From an uncultured delta proteobacterium (GTDB taxonomy: Bacteria; Desulfobacterota; BSN033; UBA1163), in assembly GCA_963708295.1 (NCBI GenBank), contig CAVPSJ010000011.1:257121-321120 (forward strand): a stretch of 64,000 bases of DNA, given 5' to 3'. Below, piece by piece: positions 1-10,111 of this stretch. The translations under genes were made by a program, and so were the position numbers. The notes beneath the pieces are model-generated. The model searched no databases and had not been told where the DNA came from. It worked only from the letters and a program-made list of their open reading frames with translations. How positions within the stretch are numbered: position 1 is the stretch's first letter; the number at the start of each line of letters is the position of its first letter.

Positions 1-116
1 GGAAGTTTGATGTTGATGTCACTGTATCGATGATTTACGGAGCGAGACTCCACAACCACCTTCCCCAAGGTCGTATCCCCTTCTCCTCTTCCAAACCCTG
101 TCATCGATTTCAGCAT
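1..116 (-). CDS. yicC: YicC/RapZ-associated YicC family endoribonuclease, N-terminal part (runs off window)
   Basis: Manual translation MLKSMTGFGRGEGDTTLGKVVVESRSVNHRYSDINIKLP; SMTGFGR and SVNHR are YicC N-terminal motifs. Confidence 0.9.
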   Translation of the reverse strand, partial: MLKSMTGFGRGEGDTTLGKVVVESRSVNHRYSDINIKL

Positions 117-655
117 AATCGGTGTTTCCCCTCTCTTAAGTCTTCCAAATATTCTTTGCGGAATTGATTGAAGAGTCGGATGACCGCTTCTTGTCGATAA
201 TCCGGATAGGTCCACTCTAAGGCTTGGAAGGATTGATGACGATAGATCAATTCCAGATCAGCATAGATGCCGTCTCTGAGATAGGGGCGATGGGTATAAC
301 CTTTGGTTGTGGCGAGGATCACGTGTTCCAAACAGACGTATCCCGGATCGATATTGATTCTTCGTTTTCCGCCCAGGACCGCATATTTCTCTTCGAGACG
401 ATTGGTGGTCTGTTTAATATCGGGGAGGCGGGGAATGGGGATGAGATGTCCGAAGGTAACGAAATGGCGGAAGAGAGGTTTCCCCATCTCCGCGGTGTAA
501 TAATCGGTGAAGTCAAAAGGGAATCTCTCGCTGACCGTGTCGGTTTCGCCAAAGGCCGAGCAAAGGTCTTCCACTCCCTGATCAAAGACTTCCTTTTCCA
601 TAGCAATCAGGCTCACAAAGAGTTTAGCGCGTTGGGGTTCCTTCGGTTTGCCCAT
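110..655 (-). CDS. DUF4416 family protein
   Basis: MGKPKEP start; FDFTDYY..EMG, RRINIDPGY, HRPYL..GIYA and WTYPDY motifs; lies just upstream of yicC. Confidence 0.85.
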   Translation of the reverse strand: MGKPKEPQRAKLFVSLIAMEKEVFDQGVEDLCSAFGETDTVSERFPFDFTDYYTAEMGKPLFRHFVTFGHLIPIPRLPDIKQTTNRLEEKYAVLGGKRRINIDPGYVCLEHVILATTKGYTHRPYLRDGIYADLELIYRHQSFQALEWTYPDYRQEAVIRLFNQFRKEYLEDLREGKHRLC

Positions 656-1400
656 GTCCTTCATCCTCTTTTTTCAAGTAGATGAAAAACTCCCTATTTC
701 CCCTGGGGCCGAGCAGTGCAGATTCCGTGACGCCCAGAACCGTCAGCCCCAGCCCTCGACCGAAGGCTGAAATCCTAGTGATCACACTTTCATGTAGCGT
801 CTTGTCCCTCACGACTCCGCCCTTCCCTACCTCCCCCTTCCCGACTTCAAACTGGGGTTTGATGAGGCTGAGAATCGCCCCCCCTCTTTTAAGAAACCCA
901 AGAAGGTGAGGGAGAAATTTTTCAACGGAGATGAAGGAGGTATCGATGAGAATCAAATCTATCTCTTCTTTTACTTCCTCCCGCTGGAGGTACCGTATGT
1001 TTCTCCTCTCCAGGCTGACGACCCTGGGGTCCTTTTGGAGCTTCCAAGCCAGCTGCCCGTATCCCACATCTACGGCGTAAACTTTCTTCGCCCCTTTCTG
1101 AAGAATACAATCCGTGAATCCCCCCGTCGAGGCCCCCACGTCCATGACGATCATTCCCTTTGGATCGACCGCAAAGGCCTTGAGGGCCCCCTCCATTTTT
1201 TCACCCCCCCGGCTCACATAACAGGAGTCCCCTTCTTGCACACGAAGGTTGGCGTCGCCGTCTATCTGAGCCCCCGGCTTGTCAACCCTCTTTTCGTCAA
1301 CCGTGACTTTCCCTGCCATAACCAACGCCCTGGCTTTCTCACGGCTCGACACTAACCCTCGTTCCACTAAAACTTTGTCGACACGGTCTTTTCTCGCCAT
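624..1400 (-). CDS. tlyA: TlyA family rRNA methyltransferase (S4 + FtsJ domains)
   Basis: KDRVDKVLVERGL S4 domain; YVSRGGEK, DVGASTGGFTD and LIKPQFE; start placed at MARKDR. Confidence 0.93.
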   Translation of the reverse strand: MARKDRVDKVLVERGLVSSREKARALVMAGKVTVDEKRVDKPGAQIDGDANLRVQEGDSCYVSRGGEKMEGALKAFAVDPKGMIVMDVGASTGGFTDCILQKGAKKVYAVDVGYGQLAWKLQKDPRVVSLERRNIRYLQREEVKEEIDLILIDTSFISVEKFLPHLLGFLKRGGAILSLIKPQFEVGKGEVGKGGVVRDKTLHESVITRISAFGRGLGLTVLGVTESALLGPRGNREFFIYLKKEDEGHGQTEGTPTR

Positions 1401-1461
1401 CTCGCGGGGACAAACTCGATCCGTCGCCTTTTCCGGGGCCGAGGCGCAGGAGGTGGTCAAA

Positions 1462-3408
1462 TTATTTCGGGTTGGGAAAAGCTCTCTTTAAAGAGGTTTC
1501 AGCTTGACTTGAATAAACAGGGTCTGCCCATCCTTCTTCAAACATCTTCTGTACCTCTCTAAGAATTCCATTCTCGTCAATTCCGTATTTTTCTCTGAGC
1601 AGAGCTTGTGGTCCGTGTTCGACGAAGATGTCAGGAATTCCCAGGCGACTGACTTGAGCCGGAAAAAAACCTCTCTCTTGGAAGAGTTCGAGCACCGCGC
1701 TTCCAAACCCTCCCTGAAGAACATTCTCTTCGACGGTGAGGACTTTCCCGGTCTTCTCGGCCCAATCGCACAGCAAGTTTGCGTCCAGAGGTTTTAAAAA
1801 CCTACTGTTGATGACGGTGGCCTGAATCCCGACTTCCGCCAATCTTTGCGCTGCCCGGAGGGCGGGATGAACCGTGGTGCCGATGGCGATGATGAGAATA
1901 TCCTTTCCTTCCCTCAGAACTTCGCCTTTTCCAATATCGATCGATTGGAGAGCCGCATCTCTTCTTTTGCCCTCCCCTTTCCCCCTCGGATACCGGAAAG
2001 CGACCGGGCCGGGACACTCCATGGCGGTTTTGATCATATGCTGAAATTCATTTTCATCCTTGGGAACCATCACGATCAGGTTCGGGATATGGCGAAGATA
2101 TGAAAAATCAAAAACGCCATGATGCGTCGGGCCATCCTCCCCCACAATTCCGCCACGGTCCAATGCAAAGACCACCGGAAGCCTTTGTAAACAGACATCC
2201 TGCAATACTTGGTCATAGGCCCTCTGTAAAAAAGTGGAATAGATGGCCACGACAGGTCGCATCCCTTCGAGGGCGAGCCCAGCAGCAAACGTGACGGCAT
2301 GCTGTTCCGCAATGCCAATATCATAGAATCGATCAGGGAATTGCCCCGCGAATTCCTCGAGGCCCGTTCCGCTCTGCATGGCGGCCGTGATCGCGATCAA
2401 GCGCTTATTCTCCTTCGCCAGCCGGCAGAGCGTTTCCCCAAAAATCTCCGTATAGCTGGGGGCGGTCTTCTGACTGCTCTTGAATTCACCCGTCTCGACG
2501 ACAAACGGCGGGACACCATGAAAACGGGAAGGATCCATCTCTGCAGGGGCATACCCTTTTCCCTTCTTGGTGATCACATGGATGAGGATGGGCCCCTCCA
2601 ATTTTTTAATGTTCTGAAAGGTTTCGATCAGGTAATCCAGGCGATGGCCGTCGATCGGCCCGATATACTTCAACCCTAATTCTTCAAAAAGGGCACCCGG
2701 CATGACGAGACCTTTCAAAGACTCCTCAGCCTGCTTGGCAAACCGAAGGACCGACTTCCCGATTCGAGGAAGGGTTTCCAAGAACCCCCCCATGTCACGA
2801 CGAACACGGTTTACGAACTGTCCGGTCATCAACCGGTTGAGGTAAGAAGAGAGGGCTCCCACATTCGGGGAGATGGACATCTCATTGTCGTTTAGAATGA
2901 CGATAAGATCCCGGTCAATGTGCCCTGTCTGATTGAGACCTTCAAAGGCCAGACCTGAGGTCATCGACCCATCCCCGATGACCGCGATGACCCTTCCCTC
3001 TTCACCTTTGAGCCTCCGGGCCTCCGCCATCCCAAGGGCGGAAGAGATGGAGTTGCCACTATGGCCGGAGTCAAACGCATCGTAAGGGCTTTCATCTCTC
3101 TTCGGAAAACCGCTGATTCCTTTGTACTGCCTCAGCGTCTGAAAGCGATCCCTTCTCCCTGTAAGGAGCTTATGAACATAACTCTGATGTCCGACATCCC
3201 ACACGACTTTATCCCATGGGAAGTCGAAAACATAGTGCAGAGCCGCAGTCAACTCGACCACGCCCAAATTAGAGGCTAAATGCCCTCCTGTTTTTGAAAC
3301 CGTGGAAATGATCTCCTCTCTTATCTCTCGGCAGAGCTCCACCAGTTCCTCCTGGTCTAGCTGCTTAATATCATGAGAGGTTTGTATCCGATCTAATACC
3401 TTCTCCAT
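1462..3408 (-). CDS. dxs: 1-deoxy-D-xylulose-5-phosphate synthase
   Basis: [43 protein letters not shown] and DGPTHHG motifs; 648 aa. Confidence 0.98.
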   Translation of the reverse strand: MEKVLDRIQTSHDIKQLDQEELVELCREIREEIISTVSKTGGHLASNLGVVELTAALHYVFDFPWDKVVWDVGHQSYVHKLLTGRRDRFQTLRQYKGISGFPKRDESPYDAFDSGHSGNSISSALGMAEARRLKGEEGRVIAVIGDGSMTSGLAFEGLNQTGHIDRDLIVILNDNEMSISPNVGALSSYLNRLMTGQFVNRVRRDMGGFLETLPRIGKSVLRFAKQAEESLKGLVMPGALFEELGLKYIGPIDGHRLDYLIETFQNIKKLEGPILIHVITKKGKGYAPAEMDPSRFHGVPPFVVETGEFKSSQKTAPSYTEIFGETLCRLAKENKRLIAITAAMQSGTGLEEFAGQFPDRFYDIGIAEQHAVTFAAGLALEGMRPVVAIYSTFLQRAYDQVLQDVCLQRLPVVFALDRGGIVGEDGPTHHGVFDFSYLRHIPNLIVMVPKDENEFQHMIKTAMECPGPVAFRYPRGKGEGKRRDAALQSIDIGKGEVLREGKDILIIAIGTTVHPALRAAQRLAEVGIQATVINSRFLKPLDANLLCDWAEKTGKVLTVEENVLQGGFGSAVLELFQERGFFPAQVSRLGIPDIFVEHGPQALLREKYGIDENGILREVQKMFEEGWADPVYSSQAETSLKRAFPNPK

Positions 3409-3496
3409 GGGTCAACCTTCCTTATCCCTTCTTGCCAAAAATATCTTAAAATACCGATGGGGCCTGACGACCATGCAGCAAAAGGAGTCTACCTTC

Positions 3497-3784
3497 TTAC
3501 TCGTTACCGTCTTCAGAAATTATTTCGTCGGAGTTTATCGAAGAAGATTGCCCCGAGTTCATGGACGGATCGAAAGGGTGTGGTTTGAGCATTCCATTTT
3601 TGTCTTTCAACAGAATCTCCACTTTCTTCTCTGCCTCATCCAGTTTTTGGTTACAGAATCGCGACAATCGGATGCCTTCTTCAAAGAGTCTCAGGGATTC
3701 TTCCAAAGCAATATCCCCCTCTTCTAATTTTGACACGATCTTTTCAAGTTTATGGAGCGCGTCTTCAAACTTTTCTTTTGCCAT
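3497..3784 (-). CDS. xseB: Exodeoxyribonuclease VII small subunit
   Basis: FEDALHKLEKIVSKLEEGDIALEESLRLFEEG; adjacent to xseA. Confidence 0.95.
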   Translation of the reverse strand: MAKEKFEDALHKLEKIVSKLEEGDIALEESLRLFEEGIRLSRFCNQKLDEAEKKVEILLKDKNGMLKPHPFDPSMNSGQSSSINSDEIISEDGNE

Positions 3785-3883
3785 CGCCCTCCCCTTCCCG
3801 GATTGCCGAAAGTCCTCCCGACCTTAAACGAAGGCAAGGACCCACGATTGAGAATTAATTCTATATTTTATAAGCCATGATCG

Positions 3884-5227
3884 TCAAGACCTGTCCGTTT
3901 TTTCAACCCCACAGAACAGTTTTCCTCGGAAAAGCTTCACCTCCACCCTGTCTCCTTCCCGGACATGGCTGGCGTCCCTTAAGATTTCTAACGAAGGAAC
4001 TTGACGCGTAATACTGTACCCCCTTCGAAGGATTGAAAGGGGGCTTAACGAATCCAACTTTCCGAAAGCGCCTGCCATTCTATGGCGGTGAATTTCAATC
4101 CTGTGTTTGATGAGTTGCTCCATTCGCCTTTGACCCTCCGAAACGAATAACCTGAGATTCTTCAACCTTTCCGCGGGAATTCGAAGAAGCAGTTTTTCAC
4201 TGAGGTGGGATTGTTTCTCCCTCGTTCTTTTAAGCGTCCACGAGGTCAAAAGGCGAAGCCGGTTCACAAGGTCATCCATCCGCAAGAAATATTCTTCCAT
4301 CTTCTTTTCTGGCTCACGGAAGACTCTTACGAGATGGGAGAGATGAGTTCGATATTCCTGAATCCTTTGAACCATTTCATTTTCTAAACGTCCTCGTAAA
4401 TAGTTGAGGATCTTTTTGATCTCCCTTTTGTCCCTGACGACCAACTCTGCGGCTGCAGACGGAGTCGGCGCCCTTAGGTCTGCGACAAAGTCTGAAATGG
4501 TGTAATCCGTTTCATGGCCTACGGCAGAGATGATGGGGATCTTCGAACGGAAGATGGCTCTTGCGACAGCCTCCTCGTTAAATGCCCATAGGTCTTCCAG
4601 CGAACCCCCTCCTCTGCCCACAATGATAACATCGACGTCCGTTCGTTGATTGAAAAACAGCAGCGCTTCAGCAATTTCTCTGGACGCCCTTTCCCCCTGA
4701 ACACGAACAGGATAGAGGAGGATATGAAGATTTTCGAACCGACGGTTGAGGACATGAAGCATATCTCGAATGACCGCGCCCGTCGGTGAAGTGATCACTC
4801 CAATTTTTTGTGGAACCATGGGGATCGGCTTCTTGCGACCCGTGTCAAAGAGCCCCTCTTTTTCGAGTTTCTCCTTCAATTGGAGAAAAGCAAGTTGAAG
4901 AGCTCCGACCCCCTTAGGCTCCATCGATTCTAAGATGAGCTGGTAATCCCCCCGCTTTTCGTAAACACCTACCCTCCCCCGACAAACAACATGGAGGCCA
5001 TCTTCCGGGGCGAAGCGAAGGGTTCGCGCCTGCATCTTGAAGAGAACGGCTCGAATCTGGCTGGCATCATCCTTCAAGGTGAAGTAGATGTGCCCCGAAG
5101 GAGGGATCCGGAGGTTTGAGATCTCTCCCTCGACCCAGACTTCCGGAAATCTGTCTTCAAGAATCTCCTTGATTTCTTGGGTGAGTTCTGAAACGGTCAG
5201 GATGTATCGAAGGGGTAACTCCATCAT
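3884..5227 (-). CDS. xseA: Exodeoxyribonuclease VII large subunit
   Basis: VWVEGEISN, SGHIYFTLKD, GRGGGSLEDLWAFN, SAVGHETD and RAPTPSAAAE; start placed at MMELP. Confidence 0.97.
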   Translation of the reverse strand: MMELPLRYILTVSELTQEIKEILEDRFPEVWVEGEISNLRIPPSGHIYFTLKDDASQIRAVLFKMQARTLRFAPEDGLHVVCRGRVGVYEKRGDYQLILESMEPKGVGALQLAFLQLKEKLEKEGLFDTGRKKPIPMVPQKIGVITSPTGAVIRDMLHVLNRRFENLHILLYPVRVQGERASREIAEALLFFNQRTDVDVIIVGRGGGSLEDLWAFNEEAVARAIFRSKIPIISAVGHETDYTISDFVADLRAPTPSAAAELVVRDKREIKKILNYLRGRLENEMVQRIQEYRTHLSHLVRVFREPEKKMEEYFLRMDDLVNRLRLLTSWTLKRTREKQSHLSEKLLLRIPAERLKNLRLFVSEGQRRMEQLIKHRIEIHRHRMAGAFGKLDSLSPLSILRRGYSITRQVPSLEILRDASHVREGDRVEVKLFRGKLFCGVEKTDRS

Positions 5228-5504
5228 TACGTTCGGGGTCCGGAGTATTGAGTTCGGAGTCTTAGCATTTTCATCGATCATCCCCTTTTTCTTAAGAAGC
5301 GTTCGAGGACGTCTGGCATAGTATAACACAAGATGTCGCAGTGTTCAGCTTTCATGTCAAGGGTCTACGTCAGGGGTGGCGCTTCGAGGTTAAGGTGACG
5401 ATCTCGATATTTCCCTGCTCTCAGGCAGAGCGTTCCTGCAAAATCGAGAGGTTGACTAAGAACGGGGATAGAGTTATAAATTTCAAGATGTTGAACTGGA
5501 GGGC

Positions 5505-6863
5505 TTGACATTGGACCATTTTACCTTAGATGAGATGAAGAGAATAGCAAAGGCCTTGTTTCTAAAGGCACTTTCCGCAGTCGATCCAGCCAAAATCCTG
5601 AAAGACAGAATTCGAATTGAGAGGGACCGATTATTCATCAAAACGGAAGGGAATTCAGAACGTTTTTTTGATTTGAAGAAGGTTGATAAAATTTTCCTTG
5701 TCGGCACCGGGAAAGCCGCCGGTGCGATGGCCAGGGCAATTGAAGAAATCTTCGAGGATCGAATCACAAAGGGAATCATCACAACAAAATATGGACATCA
5801 GCTGCCTCTCAAGAAGACGGATATCATCGAAGCCGGTCATCCCCTTCCTGACCGGAAGGGCTTCGAAGGAGCAAAGAAAATCCAGCGTCTGCTGCAAGAA
5901 TCCGGGCCAAGAGATTTGGTGATTTTTCTCCTATCGGGAGGCGCCTCGGCTCTACTCCCGTTCCCAGCCGACCAGATCGATCTCAAAGAGAAACAAGAGG
6001 TGACTCAACTTCTTCTCGACTGTGGAGCTGACATCCGGGAAATCAACACCATCCGGAAACATATCTCCAGGATCAAAGGAGGATGGCTGGCCAAGTGGGC
6101 CTATCCTTCTACGGTCATCGGGCTCATCCTGTCCGATGTCGTGGGAGATCATCTGGATGTCATCGGCTCGGGCCCTACCGTTCCCGATCCCTCCACCTTT
6201 GAAGAAGCTTGGGAGATTTTGAAAAAATATGACTTGATTAACGAAATTGCTCCTTCGATTCGGAAACATCTCCAGTCGGGAAAAGAAGGGAAAATCGAGG
6301 AGACCCCCAAGCCTCAAGAAGTGATCTTCGAGAGGGTCCACAACAGTCTCCTTGGGTCGAATATCCTCGCTCTTCAGGCAGCAAGAGAAGAGGCAGCTGC
6401 CCTTGGTTTCCACGTCTCCATCCTCTCCTCTTCGATCGAAGGTGAAACGCGGGAGGCCGCTCGATTTCACACCGCCATTGCCAAGGAAGTGATCTCCAGC
6501 GGGAATCCAATCCCGAGGCCTGCCTGCATCCTTTCCGGAGGGGAGACCACCGTGACCATCAAAGGGAAAGGTCTCGGAGGAAGAAATCAAGAATTTGTCC
6601 TGGCAGGAGCTTTAGAAATCAGCGGGGTCGAAAAGGTGGTCCTTCTGAGTGGCGGGACAGATGGAACGGATGGACCCACAGATGCAACGGGCGCGGTAGC
6701 AGATCATACCACGGTTCAGAGAGGAAAATCCCTGGGGCTGGACCCGAATTTCTATCTTGATAATAATGATGCCTATCCTTTCTTCAAGAAATTGGAAGAC
6801 CTTCTGATGACAGGACCGACTCATACCAACGTCATGGATGTTAGGATCCTTCTGGTAGACTGA
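5505..6863 (+). CDS. Glycerate 2-kinase (MOFRL family)
   Basis: GTGKAA, EAGHPLPD, SGGASAL, SGGETTV, GGRNQE, GTDGTDG and TGPTHTNVMD motifs. Confidence 0.92.
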   Translation: MTLDHFTLDEMKRIAKALFLKALSAVDPAKILKDRIRIERDRLFIKTEGNSERFFDLKKVDKIFLVGTGKAAGAMARAIEEIFEDRITKGIITTKYGHQLPLKKTDIIEAGHPLPDRKGFEGAKKIQRLLQESGPRDLVIFLLSGGASALLPFPADQIDLKEKQEVTQLLLDCGADIREINTIRKHISRIKGGWLAKWAYPSTVIGLILSDVVGDHLDVIGSGPTVPDPSTFEEAWEILKKYDLINEIAPSIRKHLQSGKEGKIEETPKPQEVIFERVHNSLLGSNILALQAAREEAAALGFHVSILSSSIEGETREAARFHTAIAKEVISSGNPIPRPACILSGGETTVTIKGKGLGGRNQEFVLAGALEISGVEKVVLLSGGTDGTDGPTDATGAVADHTTVQRGKSLGLDPNFYLDNNDAYPFFKKLEDLLMTGPTHTNVMDVRILLVD

Positions 6864-7035
6864 CCTCAGATGTGCGATGGAAAAGTCCCGTTCAAGGCGA
6901 AGCGCTCGTCAGATCATGACCGGACACGTCCAGCCTTCCTCCGGAACGTTTCTTTTTGAAGGGGCAGGTTAAAAGAGATTCAAACTCTGCTTGCTGCCCT
7001 TGGGTTCGAGGGTTAGCAACTTTTCAAAAAGGAAA

Positions 7036-7413
7036 ATGACCATGTATGAAATCACCGTCCATTCCCACTTCTCCGGAGCCCACCGATTGCGGTACCTCCA
7101 CGGAAAATGCGAAACATTGCACGGCCACAACTGGAAAGTGGAGGCTTCCGTCGTGTCCAATCGACTGGGCAAAGAAGGAGTGGTCATCGACTTCGGAATC
7201 TTGAAACAGAAAGTGGAAAAGGTCTTGAAGCCTTTGGATCATACCTACCTGAACGATCTCCCCTATTTTTCGGAAACGGAGCCCTCTTCCGAAAATATTG
7301 CAAAATATATCTTTGACCGACTCAAACGTGATCTGAAGGGACATTCAGGAATCCTTAAAAAGGTGACGGCATGGGAGTCGGAGACTTCGAGCGCCGCCTA
7401 TCTGCGGAGATGA
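7036..7413 (+). CDS. queD: 6-carboxytetrahydropterin synthase
   Basis: FSGAHRL, C..LHGHNW, LDHTYLN, PSSENIA and WES motifs. Confidence 0.93.
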   Translation: MTMYEITVHSHFSGAHRLRYLHGKCETLHGHNWKVEASVVSNRLGKEGVVIDFGILKQKVEKVLKPLDHTYLNDLPYFSETEPSSENIAKYIFDRLKRDLKGHSGILKKVTAWESETSSAAYLRR

Positions 7414-8204
7414 CCATGAACGATATTCAAAATCAAATGGATCATCGGAAGATTGAGATCAATAAAGTCGGGGTAAAAAATATCCGTTATCCGATTACCG
7501 TCTTGGATAAGGCAAAAGGGTTTCAACACACGGTGGCCAGCGTCAACATGTATGTGGATCTCCCTCACCGCTTCAAGGGAACCCACATGAGTCGCTTTGT
7601 AGAGATCCTCAATAAATACAAGGGAGATATTGCCATCAAAAACTTCTCGAAGATTCTGACAGAGGTCAAAAGGAGGCTGAAGGCCAAGACCGCCCACCTC
7701 GAGGTAGAATTTCCTTATTTCATCGAAAAGGAAGCTCCCATCACGAAATCGAGGAGTCTGATGGAATATATCTGTCGAATCTGCGGTTCAAGCAATGAAA
7801 AAGAGGATTTCTATATGGGGATTGTCGTGCCGATCACGACCGTGTGCCCCTGCTCAAAAGAGATTAGCCAATTCGGGGCACACAACCAAAGATCCCTTGT
7901 GACGGTCAACCTCCGATTCAGAAAATTCATCTGGATTGAAGATATCATCCAATTGATCGAGGAATGTGCTTCGTGTGATCTTTACTCTATTTTGAAAAGG
8001 CCGGACGAGAAATATGTGACAGAAAAAGGCTACGAAAATCCGATGTTTGTCGAGGATGTGGTAAGAGAGATTGCCAAACGCCTAAAAAAGGATAAGAACA
8101 TCACCTGGTTTACCGTGGAATCTGAAAACTTCGAGTCGATTCATAACCACAGCGCTTATGCTTTTGTAGAAAGAGGCGAAAACTTATCATTATCAAGGCC
8201 TTAA
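7410..8204 (+). CDS. folE2: GTP cyclohydrolase I type 2 (FolE2); 3' end supplied by island 1
   Basis: KGTHMSRF, TTVCPCSK, GAHNQRS, LKRPDEK, NPMFVEDVVR and ESIHNHSAYA motifs. Confidence 0.96.
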   Translation: MTMNDIQNQMDHRKIEINKVGVKNIRYPITVLDKAKGFQHTVASVNMYVDLPHRFKGTHMSRFVEILNKYKGDIAIKNFSKILTEVKRRLKAKTAHLEVEFPYFIEKEAPITKSRSLMEYICRICGSSNEKEDFYMGIVVPITTVCPCSKEISQFGAHNQRSLVTVNLRFRKFIWIEDIIQLIEECASCDLYSILKRPDEKYVTEKGYENPMFVEDVVREIAKRLKKDKNITWFTVESENFESIHNHSAYAFVERGENLSLSRP

Positions 8205-8408
8205 CTGTACCACCTTCTCTACCTGTGGTGAATTTTGTGACAAATCTTCCCCCCGAATATCGAGATACTTATTCTCCACAATCTCTGTCTTCTTCTTAGC
8301 GATCACCTTTTCCGCACCCTTCCGAGATGGCCCAATGGACTCCCTAACCTTCTGACCCTTGAACCAGAAATCAATATACCAATTATCCCCTCTTTGATAG
8401 ACTGCCAT
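8193..8408 (-). pseudogene. Tyrosine integrase remnant (N-terminal arm-binding segment fused to a probable C-terminal tail)
   Basis: MAVYQRGDNWYIDFWFKGQKVRESIGPSRKGAEK resembles an integrase arm domain; no catalytic domain; tail SQNSPQVEKVVQLRP resembles the tail of the island 2 remnant. Confidence 0.75.
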
Positions 8409-8440
8409 TCAAACCCCTCCTTTCTTTGAATTGTTTAGGA

Positions 8441-8596
8441 TTAATTGGATTTACCTCCTTTCTTCTCATATTTCTCCAGCCATTCATCCATTGCTCTTCT
8501 GATGATTTCTGCTATTGGATAGCCAGCTTTTTTAGCAATCGCTTTGAACTTCTTTAACTGAGCCTCCGTCAAATAGATATTAGTTCTTGTCATCAT
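8441..8596 (-). CDS. Ribbon-helix-helix (CopG-like) protein
   Basis: MTRTNIYLTEAQLKKFKAIAKKAGYPIAEIIRRAMDEWL fits the RHH pattern. Confidence 0.8.
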   Translation of the reverse strand: MMTRTNIYLTEAQLKKFKAIAKKAGYPIAEIIRRAMDEWLEKYEKKGGKSN

Positions 8597-8722
8597 GGTT
8601 TTTTCTCCCCAAGAGATATACATCATACATACACTAATTAGACTCTTTTGTCAAACACTATTTTTGAGACTCTTCCTCGGTCATTGGTCGGTTAGGTTGA
8701 TCGGGCTTACCTTATTTCCCAT

Positions 8723-9148
8723 TCATTTGCATACTATTTTGTAACATATTGCTGTAATTGTTCCCGAAGCTATAAAATTCCATTCCCGTTCTAAATTAGG
8801 GAGAGAATATATAACACCTCCATGTTTGGAGCAATCGTGGGAGCAAACAATACAGCTCTTTTTGTCAACACAATTGATCTCCCGCAAAATCAATGTTTCA
8901 CCTAAATTCTTATATTTCTCCCCAAATCTTGCTGCCATCTCATCTATACCTTTCTGTGAATAAATAATTCTCAACCAAATTCCATAAATGTTCTCTGATG
9001 GATGAGTTATTCCTTGTGCGTCGTAAAAATATTCCCCCGTATCGTTTTTTAGCAAAAACTTCCAATCCGCCCCCCACACTTCCGCACTACCAAACATAGC
9101 AACTCCAATAATAAAAATAACTCCAAGCTTTACTAAGAATGATTTCAT
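8723..9148 (-). CDS. Secreted protein, surface-adhesin E-like family
   Basis: Signal peptide ending EVWGA; DWK..YFYDA..I, EINC and W.FI motifs; paralog of 9652-10080. Confidence 0.65.
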   Translation of the reverse strand: MKSFLVKLGVIFIIGVAMFGSAEVWGADWKFLLKNDTGEYFYDAQGITHPSENIYGIWLRIIYSQKGIDEMAARFGEKYKNLGETLILREINCVDKKSCIVCSHDCSKHGGVIYSLPNLEREWNFIASGTITAICYKIVCK

Positions 9149-9169
9149 TCAGGTCCCCCCTTCTCGCCT

Positions 9170-9346
9170 TGTTACACCATTTTTTCCCCATTTCAAGATT
9201 TACCTCGTTCACCATTTCCAAAAACTCCTCTTTGGTGAATATTCCCTCTCCACAAGCAACCTAATAATAGCCTCCTGTGAGACTACCTGGGACATTAAGA
9301 GTTCATCATTCAAAACGAGGTGTTTAGGGTCGAGAGCGATTGCCAT
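9170..9346 (-). pseudogene. Frameshifted small hypothetical gene
   Basis: MAIALDPKHLVLNDELLMSQVVSQEAIIRLLVE then, in a shifted frame, GIFTKEEFLEMV; strong RBS; a homologous remnant lies at ~48420-48505; left end approximate. Confidence 0.55.
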
Positions 9347-9386
9347 TCAACTTACCTCCTTCATTCTTATATTTCCCAAAAGCTCA

Positions 9387-9572
9387 TCAATCGTTCTTCT
9401 GATACCCTGCTAATCCACAATACCCCATTTCCTCATGAGTAGTTGGTACTGCGGGGGATTTTCTCCATGCCATACAGAATAAGTTGGAACAGAATCTGTT
9501 AGGATCCGCCCTATCCAATACAAATTTAAACGGACAATATTTTGTAGCTGCGTCTGCTATTGTGACTAACAT
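9387..9572 (-). CDS. Small Cys-rich phage-like hypothetical protein
   Basis: CPF...C...CMAW...GYCGLAG pattern; AAGGAGG RBS. Confidence 0.65.
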   Translation of the reverse strand: MLVTIADAATKYCPFKFVLDRADPNRFCSNLFCMAWRKSPAVPTTHEEMGYCGLAGYQKND

Positions 9573-9651
9573 GATCCATCCTCCTTCTTTCGGCCATTGG
9601 CCGGTTAGGGTTAGTCGGGTTCACCTCCTTTGTGTTTTCCACCGTGGTTCT

Positions 9652-10080
9652 TTAAGGTTTCTTACATGGAATTTTGTATAATGCCTCATCAATAGAGTCA
9701 GGAGACATAAAATTCCAATTGGAGATTTGTCTATAATCAGGTATTAATAACTTTCCATCTTCAGAATAAAATGCTATAGGTACTATTACCTTCTTTTTAT
9801 CTCCACAATTGTATTCAAATAAAGCTATCGCATAGCTCAAAGTCTCATATTTTTTCCCTAACAACCTCACCATATCATGTACACCCTTCTCCATATAAAG
9901 TACTTTTATCCACACCCTAACACTACCCTGAGATGGTCGGGTTATGCGATCTGCATCGTAGTAATACATTCCATCATCAGCTTGATCAATATATCTCCAA
10001 CTCGCTCCCCACACTTCACCATAGGTAAAGATAGCAAGCCCGATAAGGATGACTCCCAATTTACCCAATAATGATTTCAT
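9652..10080 (-). CDS. Secreted protein, surface-adhesin E-like family
   Basis: MKSLLGKLGVILIG..EVWGASW signal; YYYDA.RI, VRVWIK, EYNC and W.FMSPDS motifs. Confidence 0.65.
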   Translation of the reverse strand: MKSLLGKLGVILIGLAIFTYGEVWGASWRYIDQADDGMYYYDADRITRPSQGSVRVWIKVLYMEKGVHDMVRLLGKKYETLSYAIALFEYNCGDKKKVIVPIAFYSEDGKLLIPDYRQISNWNFMSPDSIDEALYKIPCKKP

Positions 10081-10111
10081 TTGGTCACCCCTTCTTTGGA
10101 GAAGTGTAACT

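Noticed and set aside
8671-9630. Junction motif as integron attC
   Set aside because: No paired RYYYAAC/GTTRRRY boxes, no consistent palindrome and no intI
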